This document shows, one piece after another, positions 38,548 through 45,969 of a stretch of 64,000 nucleotides of DNA. The notes under the pieces are model-generated. The model was not told where the DNA came from. It made no database searches and saw only the letters and a program-made list of their open reading frames with translations. Position 1 is the first letter of the stretch; every line of letters starts with the position of its first letter. The translations under genes were made by a program, and so were the position numbers. Origin of the DNA: an uncultured Eubacteriales bacterium. GTDB taxonomy: Bacteria; Bacillota; Clostridia; Oscillospirales; UBA644. The stretch is from positions 54,295 to 118,294 of the forward strand of contig CABKLX010000006.1 in NCBI GenBank assembly GCA_902373415.1, read 5' to 3'.

Positions 38548-39234
38548 TCATTCGTGCTGAGATCTGTTGTAATGCTCTCTGATCTCTCTGTCGCTGACGT
38601 TCGGAAGCAGTCGCCTGTACTTTTCGTATACGCCTCTCGGAACTTCGCAAAGCCCCGACTGATTTCCTTCCGAACGGAGAAGGTGCGCCTTCGAGCCGAT
38701 ACGCGCCCGCGCCCGCCCGTCCGCTTCTTTTTCCGCGTTCGCGCGCAATTGCGATATGTGCGTCGCCGCGTATGCGTCCGCCGCACTCAGCCCGATCGAT
38801 TCTCCCGCCCGCATAAGTTTCGCGAACGCATCGCCCAGTTCTTCGATGCTCGTCGCTCCGCAATCGGGAAACGCGCGCCTGATCTGCGCGAGTTGCCGCT
38901 CCGCCTCTCTCGCCGCGTCCGTCGCGAGTGCCTCTTCATTTCGGGGCTCCTCCCGCGCTTCCGCCGTTTCGGGTGCGTCGCCGCTTTCCTCTTCTTCGGG
39001 ATCTTCGCCGTTTTCGCTTTCGTTTTCATCTTCTCCGAAAGCGTCTTCGCTTCCGTCTGCGCCCGCCACGTAACTTCCGTCCTCTTCTCCGCCTCCGTCG
39101 CTTCCGCACGCGTAAAAGTCGGAATTTTCAACGTCCGTTTCTTCATCCGATTTCGGCGCCTTCACGCTTCCCGCGATCGCCGCCGCGACCTTTCCCGCGA
39201 ACCCCGAAACTTTTTGCCTTATGTCCCTTTTCAT
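38548..39234 (-). CDS. Scaffolding-like protein
   Basis: Highly acidic, helical and low-complexity (EDENESENGEDPEEEESGD). Lies between the portal and capsid genes. Confidence 0.55.
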   Translation of the reverse strand: MKRDIRQKVSGFAGKVAAAIAGSVKAPKSDEETDVENSDFYACGSDGGGEEDGSYVAGADGSEDAFGEDENESENGEDPEEEESGDAPETAEAREEPRNEEALATDAAREAERQLAQIRRAFPDCGATSIEELGDAFAKLMRAGESIGLSAADAYAATHISQLRANAEKEADGRARARIGSKAHLLRSEGNQSGLCEVPRGVYEKYRRLLPNVSDREIREHYNRSQHE

Positions 39235-39315
39235 CTCCCAACACCTCCTTTCACCGCTTTGATCTCTTCGCAATGAGACTTCCGCCCTCGGAACGCGCGC
39301 CGCCCTTTTGTCAGA

Positions 39316-39535
39316 CCGCCGTCACTTCGCCGCCGCCGTTCGGAAAATCACCGTCGCTTCGGCTCTGCCGTTCGGAAAATCCCCGTCGCTTCGCCGCCGT
39401 TCGGAAAATCCCCGTCGCTTCGCCGCCGTTCGGAAAACCGCCGTCGCTTCGGCTCTGCCGTTCGGAAAATCGCCGTCGCTTCGGCTCTGCCGTTCGGAAA
39501 ATCCCCGTCGCTTCGCCGCCGTTCGGCTTCGGATC
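39316..39535. repeat. About 6.5 tandem copies of a 29/32-nt unit (GCCGTTCGGAAAATCCCCGTCGCTTCGCC / ...CGGCTCT)
   Basis: Unit starts at 39335, 39367, 39396, 39425, 39457 and 39489, with partial copies at both ends. Intergenic between the portal and scaffold genes. Confidence 0.95.
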
Positions 39536-39551
39536 TCCTCATCGCACCTTT

Positions 39552-39579
39552 ATGTTATCAGACCGAACCTCTCTGCGAA
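39552..39579 (-). promoter_or_regulatory. Element promoter motif, copy 1 (drives the scaffold/capsid unit)
   Basis: On the minus strand: ACAAATTCGGGG-TTCGCA, a 16-nt spacer, then TAACAT. Confidence 0.5.
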
Positions 39580-39646
39580 CCCCGAATTTGTTACATTTTT
39601 GTGAACTGAATTGCCGGGCAGAGCCTCCGCCCTTTTCCGAAGAGCC

Positions 39647-41362
39647 TTATTCCCTCTCTTCCTCTCCGTTCAACTCCCTGAGCACGCCGGTTGCATTCGG
39701 ATAATCGAGTTTTTCCAACTGCCTCCAATACGTTTCGACCGTTTTCGGATCGTCGGGGTTTCCGAACCTTCCGTTGACGAAATCGGACTTGACCTCCGCC
39801 CACATCGCCTGTCTGTCATCCAGAAACGCCGCCGAACCGTCCACCTCGAAAATATAGTCGTCGTCGTAATACCATTCGCCGTCCCCGTCTCTTTCAAGAA
39901 AATCGTAACGCGAAAAGACCGTGTCGGGCTCTTCTTCCGCGCCGTTTCCGAAAGTCCTCGGCTCGTCCGCGTACGCGAGCATATATTGGAAGATCGCCTT
40001 GAAAAGATCGCAGTACGCCATGTTTTTCAGCCTTATCTTCGATTCGATCCTGCCCGCCGCCTGCGCCGCCGAGAACTGCTTCGCCGTTCCCGACACCGCC
40101 GTGTTGTCGCGTTTTCCCTGATACGCGTCCGTTATGCCGAGCGTTGAGCGCGCGTCCTCGTAATATTTTGAAAGCAACTGAAGATCCTGCTGTACCGAAG
40201 GCTGGAGATTGATCGCGTCGATCATCGCCTTCTGACCCGCGTTGTCGAGAAAGACGAGTTTGTCCTCTCTGTCCGATGTCTCGATCCTGACCCCGCGCGG
40301 AAGCGTCAGCACCGACCCGCCTTTCAGCAGTTTTTCCTGCACCTTGCTGTAAAGTTTGTTGTGCGCCGTCTGCAAGTCCGCGATCAACTCGCAGTCGCTC
40401 TCTCCGCCGAACTGTCCGTACAGCGAAACATTCTTGCGCATGATGATCGGAAAGACCGACGGCGTGTAATAGGGGAGGACCGTCCGTGTAACCTCACCGT
40501 CTTTTCGCTCCCACACGTTTATAATGCTCCCGTCCGCGCACTCGATGTCCGTGAAGATCGCCTCGCCGGGGCATTCCGCAGGCACCGTCGCCTTGCCCCC
40601 GCAGGAACATTTTTTGCCCCTGAACGCATGGAGCGCGCCGCATCTGTCGCACGCGTATTGAAGCCGTGCGCGGTATTTTTCGTAGTCTTCCAGAACCGTG
40701 TTTCCCGCCCATGAGAAAACTCCGAGAGTGCCTTCACCGTTGATGTAATAAGCCGTCACCTGCATCACCGTGTCGTTCCCGTATTCCGTCTCTCCGCGCC
40801 CGAACTCACCGTCATCGACCGTCACTCCGTAACGCCTGTTCAGCCTTTCTTTCGTGTCCGTAAACGTGACGAAAACATAGTCCGCGCCGTCAATGTCCGT
40901 CACTCCGGGCTGGGGAATGACCTGCTTCGGATGCAGAAGACGGACGAACGGCTCTCCGCAGCCCGCGCGCGTGTTTTTTTCACTGTCCCAGCCGATAAGA
41001 CGGAAACTCTGTCCGAGGATCTTTGTCATTCTGTCCTCCTCCGAGTTCGTCCTTTCGGGCGCGATCTTCCTCACCGCCGCGCGGAGCATCGATTCGATCG
41101 CCCTCGCGTTCCGCTCTTTTTTCGGCGAATGTACGGGCGAAGATACCTTCGGCATCGGGATCGTGTTGTCGATCTGCGCCTCGATCAGTTCAAACGTGAA
41201 ATTCCTCACGACCGACGCGTTTTTCGCCCTTCTTCCGTCGGTGAACACCTGCCTGTCGCCCTTGTACTGTTTCGTCCACCTGTCGTAGTCCGCGAGCCGC
41301 GCGGAGTATTCCGCTTCCGCCTGCGCGAACCTGTCTTTCCAGATCTGTAATTTTTCGTTCAT
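39647..41362 (-). CDS. Portal protein (with Cys4 zinc-ribbon-like insertion)
   Basis: 571 aa with RBS aaggaga. Portal-like architecture and position. The insert reads CDRCGALHAFRGKKCSCGG. Confidence 0.7.
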   Translation of the reverse strand: MNEKLQIWKDRFAQAEAEYSARLADYDRWTKQYKGDRQVFTDGRRAKNASVVRNFTFELIEAQIDNTIPMPKVSSPVHSPKKERNARAIESMLRAAVRKIAPERTNSEEDRMTKILGQSFRLIGWDSEKNTRAGCGEPFVRLLHPKQVIPQPGVTDIDGADYVFVTFTDTKERLNRRYGVTVDDGEFGRGETEYGNDTVMQVTAYYINGEGTLGVFSWAGNTVLEDYEKYRARLQYACDRCGALHAFRGKKCSCGGKATVPAECPGEAIFTDIECADGSIINVWERKDGEVTRTVLPYYTPSVFPIIMRKNVSLYGQFGGESDCELIADLQTAHNKLYSKVQEKLLKGGSVLTLPRGVRIETSDREDKLVFLDNAGQKAMIDAINLQPSVQQDLQLLSKYYEDARSTLGITDAYQGKRDNTAVSGTAKQFSAAQAAGRIESKIRLKNMAYCDLFKAIFQYMLAYADEPRTFGNGAEEEPDTVFSRYDFLERDGDGEWYYDDDYIFEVDGSAAFLDDRQAMWAEVKSDFVNGRFGNPDDPKTVETYWRQLEKLDYPNATGVLRELNGEEERE

Positions 41363-41500
41363 ACTGTTCTCCTTTGTTTTTTAATGATTTTGTATTCAAA
41401 AAGTCCGACGGCAAAGCGCCGCCGTATATTTCCGACGCGGACCGTGTACGGTTTTGTCCGATCTCTTAAACCTTGTTTACGGTCTTTGCACGGACGCGTG

Positions 41501-41779
41501 TCAGTCAACGATATTGACGTTGATGACCGTTTCACGGTTTTTTTCCTCATTCTCGTTAAGCAGTCCGAGAATGATGTCCACCGCCTTCGAGTTCCCGTTC
41601 CGCGCCAACTCGTAAAGACTGTAAACAAGCGCGGTCTTCATGTTCTGATTTTTTCCCTCCAATCCGCACGCCGAGAGTTTTTCCCTGAGTTTTTCGTCCC
41701 TGACCTCGCTTTTCATTATATCTTCGAGAATTTCTCTGACCGTCTTCTGTCCCTTGTTTTTTGATCTTGTTTCTTTCAT
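41501..41779 (-). CDS. Small helical DNA-binding protein (small-terminase-like; weak call)
   Basis: 92 aa and the first gene of the structural unit. ALVYSLYELARNGNSKAVDIILGLL resembles the helical segments of small terminases. Confidence 0.35.
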   Translation of the reverse strand: MKETRSKNKGQKTVREILEDIMKSEVRDEKLREKLSACGLEGKNQNMKTALVYSLYELARNGNSKAVDIILGLLNENEEKNRETVINVNIVD

Positions 41780-41890
41780 TCCGCACCTCTTTTCCGTGAT
41801 TTCATGTTTGAGACCTTAACGGTTTTGCCGCCGCATGAGTGTTCCCCGTGTTTTCCCGCCGACCGAAGTCTTTGCTCCGTTTCCGCTTTC

Positions 41891-41918
41891 AGCCTATCAC
41901 CTTTAACCCCTCTGCGAA
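41891..41918 (-). promoter_or_regulatory. Element promoter motif, copy 2 (drives 41779 and portal)
   Basis: On the minus strand: ACAAAATCGGTG-TTCGCA, a 16-nt spacer, then TAGGCT. Confidence 0.45.
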
Positions 41919-42035
41919 CACCGATTTTGTGACAAAACGGAAAACTTTTTCCGCGCTTCTCCGCAACGGGCAAAAAAAATAAACGCGACCGGTTTTTCCG
42001 ATCGCGTCTGTATGTCTGAATTTGTTTTTTCGCCG

Positions 42036-42143
42036 CGCCGCCGTTATCTCGTCTGCCAACAGCACCGAGGATCGTTTGAGCAGACTTCGCGCGACGGAGA
42101 TCCTTTGTTTCTCGCCGCCCGAAAGTCCTTTGCCGTTTTCGCC
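42036..42143 (-). pseudogene. Fragment of an ABC-transporter ATPase gene (signature to Walker B only)
   Basis: Translates to GENGKGLSGGEKQRISVARSLLKRSSVLLADEITAA. Homology stops abruptly on both sides. Confidence 0.7.
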
Positions 42144-42206
42144 GCAGAGACAGTCTCCGCCGCGCAAATATCCCGAGCGCGTTTTTCTTTTTTCACATTT
42201 TCGGGG

Positions 42207-42234
42207 TTCGCAGAGGGGTTGCCTCTGCTATCAT
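42207..42234 (+). promoter_or_regulatory. Element promoter motif, copy 3 (drives the replication-initiator gene)
   Basis: CACATTTTCGGGG-TTCGCA (42207-42212), a 16-nt spacer, then TATCAT (42229-42234). Confidence 0.5.
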
Positions 42235-42299
42235 TTAATAAGGGAAACGGTCGCGCGCGCCCCGTTTTCACGGAAATGAAAAGAAAGGAAAAAACATAA

Positions 42300-43694
42300 A
42301 TGCCCGTTATACGCGCAAAACAGACAAAAAATTTCACTCAGATAAGCAATTCCGCGCTCCGCAAAAAGGAACTGTCGCTCAAAGCCAGAGGGCTTCTGGC
42401 GTATATGCTGAGTTTTTCCGACGAATGGGATTTTTCCGTCTCTCATATCGTGAGAGAAAGCGGCGAACGCGAAAAAAGCGTCCGCGCCGCGCTTTCGGAA
42501 CTTGAAGCGGCGGGATATGTCAGGCATTCGCCGATACGCTCCGAGGAAGGAAAATTCGTGACGGTCAGATACGATGTTTTCGAAACGCCCGACCTCCGCG
42601 CCGAAACCGTTTCGGGCACATCGGCGGAAACCGAAAACACGGAACAAACGGAAAAACACGAACAGCCGAAAAGCCCCGAAAAAACGGAAGATACCGAGAC
42701 CGAGGCAAACTCCGAGAACGGGGAAACGCCCGAAAACGCGGCAAACTCCGAGAATGGGGAAATGCCCGAAAACGCGGAAATTTCCGAAAAGACGGAAGCG
42801 TCTTCATCTTCTCCGCGTGACGGAAGCCCGTATGCCGAAAAACCGTATGCCGAAAAACGGCATGCCGTTTTGCGGCATGCCGCAAAAGGCGGACATAAGA
42901 ATACCGAATATAAAAGAATACCGAAAAAAAGAACACTCTCTGAGAAAGAAAGAAGGCGTTCCCCGACCTTCGACGAAATCGTCGCTCAGGTCTCGGACGA
43001 ACGGCTCCGAAGCGCGCTCAGGGAATATCTTCGGATGCGTTTTATGATAAAAAGACCTCCGACCGACGCCGCGCTGAAAAAGTATATCGCCCGTGTTTAC
43101 GAACTTTATCCCTCGTCGCCCGAACTGCGCGTCCGCTGTGTCGAACAGTCCGTCATCAATTCCCGCCCGAACGCTTCTCGGCTTCCTTACGACATTGAGT
43201 TTCCCGACAAGCGTCACCGCTCCTCAAAACCCCGTTATGCCGCGAAAAACCGTCTCGGCTCATCCTTTGATAACGCAACAGCGTCCGAAAATGGCGCGCC
43301 TTGCTCCACCTCGCCCCACTCCGCGTCATCCGACGCCGTTGTCCGTGCGGAGAAAGAGACGGCGGCAACATCCTCTGCCGAGCCGCCCCGAACCGAGCCG
43401 CCGTCCGCGGAAAAACCGCTCCCGCTCACGGCTTCCGATGCGGACGCTCCCGACGGTCAGCCCGTGTCCGCGCTCCCCGAAATCTCCGCTTTTCCTCCGA
43501 ATGAACTCCCCGATGCCTCCGATTTCGGCGAAAAAACGGCGCCTTCCGCTCCCGAATCCTCCGATCCGCCTCCGTTTTGCGCCTCCGAGCCCTCCGATCC
43601 GCCTCCGTTCTGCGCTCCCCGCCGCTCCCGCAACGCCGAATCTATGGAGATCTCATGGCAGATCATTCTCGCCGATCTCGAAGACGAGGGCTGA
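42300..43694 (+). CDS. Replication initiator / replisome-organiser-like protein (N-terminal wHTH, DnaD-like middle region, low-complexity tail)
   Basis: FTQISNSALRKKELSLKARGLLAYMLSFSDEWDFS is typical of phage/plasmid Rep wHTH domains. LREYLRMRFMIKRPPTDAALKKYI is DnaD-like. Contains internal tandem repeats. Confidence 0.65.
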   Translation: MPVIRAKQTKNFTQISNSALRKKELSLKARGLLAYMLSFSDEWDFSVSHIVRESGEREKSVRAALSELEAAGYVRHSPIRSEEGKFVTVRYDVFETPDLRAETVSGTSAETENTEQTEKHEQPKSPEKTEDTETEANSENGETPENAANSENGEMPENAEISEKTEASSSSPRDGSPYAEKPYAEKRHAVLRHAAKGGHKNTEYKRIPKKRTLSEKERRRSPTFDEIVAQVSDERLRSALREYLRMRFMIKRPPTDAALKKYIARVYELYPSSPELRVRCVEQSVINSRPNASRLPYDIEFPDKRHRSSKPRYAAKNRLGSSFDNATASENGAPCSTSPHSASSDAVVRAEKETAATSSAEPPRTEPPSAEKPLPLTASDADAPDGQPVSALPEISAFPPNELPDASDFGEKTAPSAPESSDPPPFCASEPSDPPPFCAPRRSRNAESMEISWQIILADLEDEG

Positions 43695-43773
43695 CGCTTC
43701 GCCGCCTCGCTCCCTTTTCGGACTTCTTTCCGCCGCTTCATCGCTCAAATCGTTGAAATTCCGCGCCCGACGC

Positions 43774-43802
43774 TTGACAGCGCGCGCGAAAGGTGATAGA
43801 AT
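43774..43802 (+). promoter_or_regulatory. Near-consensus SigA promoter upstream of pdxK (leader of about 160 nt)
   Basis: TTGACA (43774-43779), a 17-nt spacer, then TAGAAT (43797-43802). Confidence 0.6.
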
Positions 43803-43964
43803 AAACCGACAGCCGCGCCTTTCCGTGACGCGCCGAAGCAGGTTCGCTCGCCCGAAACCCGTTCACGGTCTGCGCCGCGTATCTTCAACCGCGTCATGAT
43901 GTTGAACTTATGTATGCCGTTCAATATCATTCACATGAAAAATATTTTGTAAAAGAGTATAATT

Positions 43965-44828
43965 ATGCAAAAAGATCCGAAAACGCAAAAAAGAGCCGTA
44001 GCCATACATGATATATCCTGTGTGGGAAAATGTTCCCTGACGGTCGCTTTGCCCGTGCTGTCCGCCGCGGGCGTGGAAACGTCGGTGCTTCCGACCGCGC
44101 TTTTATCGACCCACACGGGCGGTTTTGAGGGATACACCTATCTCGACCTGACCGATGAAATGCTCCCGATCGCCCGGCATTGGCAGACGCTCGGGCTGAA
44201 AGTCGACGCTTTTTACACGGGTTTTCTCGGCTCGGAGAGCCAGACCGATCTCGTCTGCGGGATCATAGATATGCTCGCCGACCGCGACACGCTGATCTTC
44301 ACCGATCCCGTCATGGGCGACAACGGCAGGCTTTACGCCTCGTATCGGCCCACGTTCCCCGAAAAAATGAAAAAACTCTGCCGCCGTTCGCATATCCTGA
44401 CCCCGAACCTGACCGAAGCGTGTCTTCTGACGGGGACCGAATACCGCGGCAACGGCTACGGCATGGAATATATTTCCGACATACTTCGCAAACTCGCTCT
44501 TTTCGGAGCCGGGACCTGCGTTGTAACGGGCGTTTCGCTTGAAAAAGGAACTCTCGGCGCGGCGTATTTCGACGCGAAAACGGGGAAGGAAGGCTACGCC
44601 TTTTCCGAGAACGTGAACGGGATGTTCCACGGCGCGGGAGATGTTTTTGCCTCCGCGCTTCTCGGCGCGATTCTGAACGGAAAAACCGTTGAAGATTCCG
44701 TCCGCATCGCGCTCGATCTGACCGTCGGCAGTATCCGACGCACGCACGCGGCGGGGACGGACACCCGTTTCGGGCTCGATTTCGAACACGGGCTTTCCGA
44801 CTATGCTCGCGCGGTCTTCGGCGGGTAA
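43965..44828 (+). CDS. pdxK: Pyridoxal/pyridoxamine kinase
   Basis: AVAIHDISCVGKCSLTVALPVLSAAG, FYTGFLGS and a GAGDVFASAL anion hole, all typical of PdxK/PdxY ribokinase-fold kinases. Confidence 0.85.
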   Translation: MQKDPKTQKRAVAIHDISCVGKCSLTVALPVLSAAGVETSVLPTALLSTHTGGFEGYTYLDLTDEMLPIARHWQTLGLKVDAFYTGFLGSESQTDLVCGIIDMLADRDTLIFTDPVMGDNGRLYASYRPTFPEKMKKLCRRSHILTPNLTEACLLTGTEYRGNGYGMEYISDILRKLALFGAGTCVVTGVSLEKGTLGAAYFDAKTGKEGYAFSENVNGMFHGAGDVFASALLGAILNGKTVEDSVRIALDLTVGSIRRTHAAGTDTRFGLDFEHGLSDYARAVFGG

Positions 44829-44957
44829 CGCCGCTCTCCGAACGTAATTCCGACTTCGGGAAAACAGCCTGTCCGTCGGCATTGACAGCCTGTTTTTTCC
44901 GAAATATCGCTCTTTTTCTTCCGCTGTGCGGACGCGGATTTTTTTTATTACGATTAT

Positions 44958-45482
44958 ATGCCGAATTTTTATTACAGACGGGAGTGTTTTTTTACCGTGA
45001 TCACAGCAGACGGTCTGAAAATAAGACGCGCCGAAAAAGGCGACGTCGAAACGATCGACAGATTGCTTTATCAGGTCAACAATGTCCACAGCGACGTTCG
45101 CCCCGACCTTTTCAAGGCGAACGAGAAAAAGTACACCGACGAAGAACTTTTTAAGATCATCGCGGACGGTCAAACTCCCGTTTTTGTCGCCGAATGCGGC
45201 GGCGCGGTCGTCGGCTACGCGTTCTGCGTCCATCTTCGGTCCCTCGGCAAAAACAATATGACCGACATAAAAACGCTCTACATCGACGATCTCTGCGTTG
45301 ACGAAAGTATGCGCGGAAAGCACGTCGGCAAGAGCCTTTACGAATACGTTCTCGCCTACGCTAGGGAACAGGGCTGTTACAACGTCACGCTCAACGTCTG
45401 GGCAGACAACGAAAAAGCGGTCGGCTTTTACGAAAAACTCGGCCTCAAAGTCCAGAAAATGGGCATGGAAAAAATTCTCTGA
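44958..45482 (+). CDS. GNAT-family N-acetyltransferase
   Basis: IDDLCVDESMRGKHVGKSLYEYVLAYAREQG...NEKAVGFYEKLG. The true start may be the internal GTG near 44997. Confidence 0.8.
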   Translation: MPNFYYRRECFFTVITADGLKIRRAEKGDVETIDRLLYQVNNVHSDVRPDLFKANEKKYTDEELFKIIADGQTPVFVAECGGAVVGYAFCVHLRSLGKNNMTDIKTLYIDDLCVDESMRGKHVGKSLYEYVLAYAREQGCYNVTLNVWADNEKAVGFYEKLGLKVQKMGMEKIL

Positions 45483-45516
45483 TCGGCGCGCCGCCGACCG
45501 CCGACCGTTTTATATC

Positions 45517-45635
45517 GGCGTTCATCTTATCGCGTTCACCGTGCCGGCGTTCCGTCACATCGCGTTCACCGTCTCGGCGTTCGGCGTATCGCTTTCACCG
45601 TGTCGTCGTTCCGATCTCTCATCATCGGCATAAAA
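45517..45635. repeat. Four degenerate tandem repeats of about 29-30 nt (GGCGTTC-n6-ATCGCGTTCACCGT-n3)
   Basis: Unit starts at 45517, 45546, 45576 and 45605. The array directly abuts the tRNA-Ser half-site. Confidence 0.7.
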
Positions 45636-45637
45636 GC

Positions 45638-45689
45638 CTTGAAAACCGTTTGCCCTCTGGGCACGTGGGTTCGAATCCCACACCGTCCG
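45638..45689 (+). pseudogene. 3' half of a tRNA-Ser (anticodon loop to discriminator); no 5' half present
   Basis: CTTGAAA-ACCGT-TTGCCCTCTGGGCAC-GTGGG-TTCGAAT-CCCAC-ACCGTCC-G. The upstream sequence cannot form the acceptor, D or anticodon-stem 5' strands. Confidence 0.8.
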
Positions 45690-45882
45690 ACAAACTTCGC
45701 ACAACTTTGTGTAAAAAAAAGCGCTTGGATTTAGTGATATTCACTAAAAACCATGTGCTTTTTTCTTTGTTTTAAGCCCCCAGAATTTTTGCCTTGGAGA
45801 GAACTCGAAAATTCTCTCCCGTCAAATGTGCGCTTCCGCGTTATGTTTCTTTTTGAGTTCGAATAAAATTTTTTAAAACCTA

Positions 45883-45910
45883 TTGACAAAGTAAAAAATA
45901 AGAGTATAAT
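45883..45910 (+). promoter_or_regulatory. Consensus SigA promoter for the NTase-peptide pair
   Basis: TTGACA (45883-45888), a 16-nt spacer, then TATAAT (45905-45910). Confidence 0.65.
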
Positions 45911-45969
45911 ATAACGATTTAACGGTGCACAGTTAAATGGTCGGTTAGGGGTAATAGGAGGAAAATGTT

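Larger units (their letters stand above)
31818..43694. mobile_element. Compact phage-like element (prophage remnant, satellite or GTA-like cassette)
   Basis: Contiguous lysis, fibre, tail-like, capsid, scaffold and portal genes on the minus strand, plus a divergent replication-initiator gene. No large terminase, integrase, tail tube or tape measure was seen. Confidence 0.75.

Noticed and set aside
39316-39535. Could the 29/32-nt repeat array be a CRISPR array?
   Set aside because: The units are directly contiguous with no unique spacers between them, there is no cas gene nearby, and the unit lacks the usual repeat-spacer periodicity.
38928-39704. 258-aa plus-strand ORF running through the 29/32-nt tandem repeats
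   Set aside because: Its open frame is a by-product of the repeats and of antisense reading of the scaffold gene. The product is Pro/Arg/Phe-rich repetitive nonsense.
41889-42167. 92-aa ORF containing the ABC signature, considered as a functional small ABC protein
   Set aside because: Only about 36 residues (signature to Walker B) are ABC-like. Walker A, the Q-loop and the H-loop are absent and the flanking residues are unrelated. It is called a pseudogene fragment instead.
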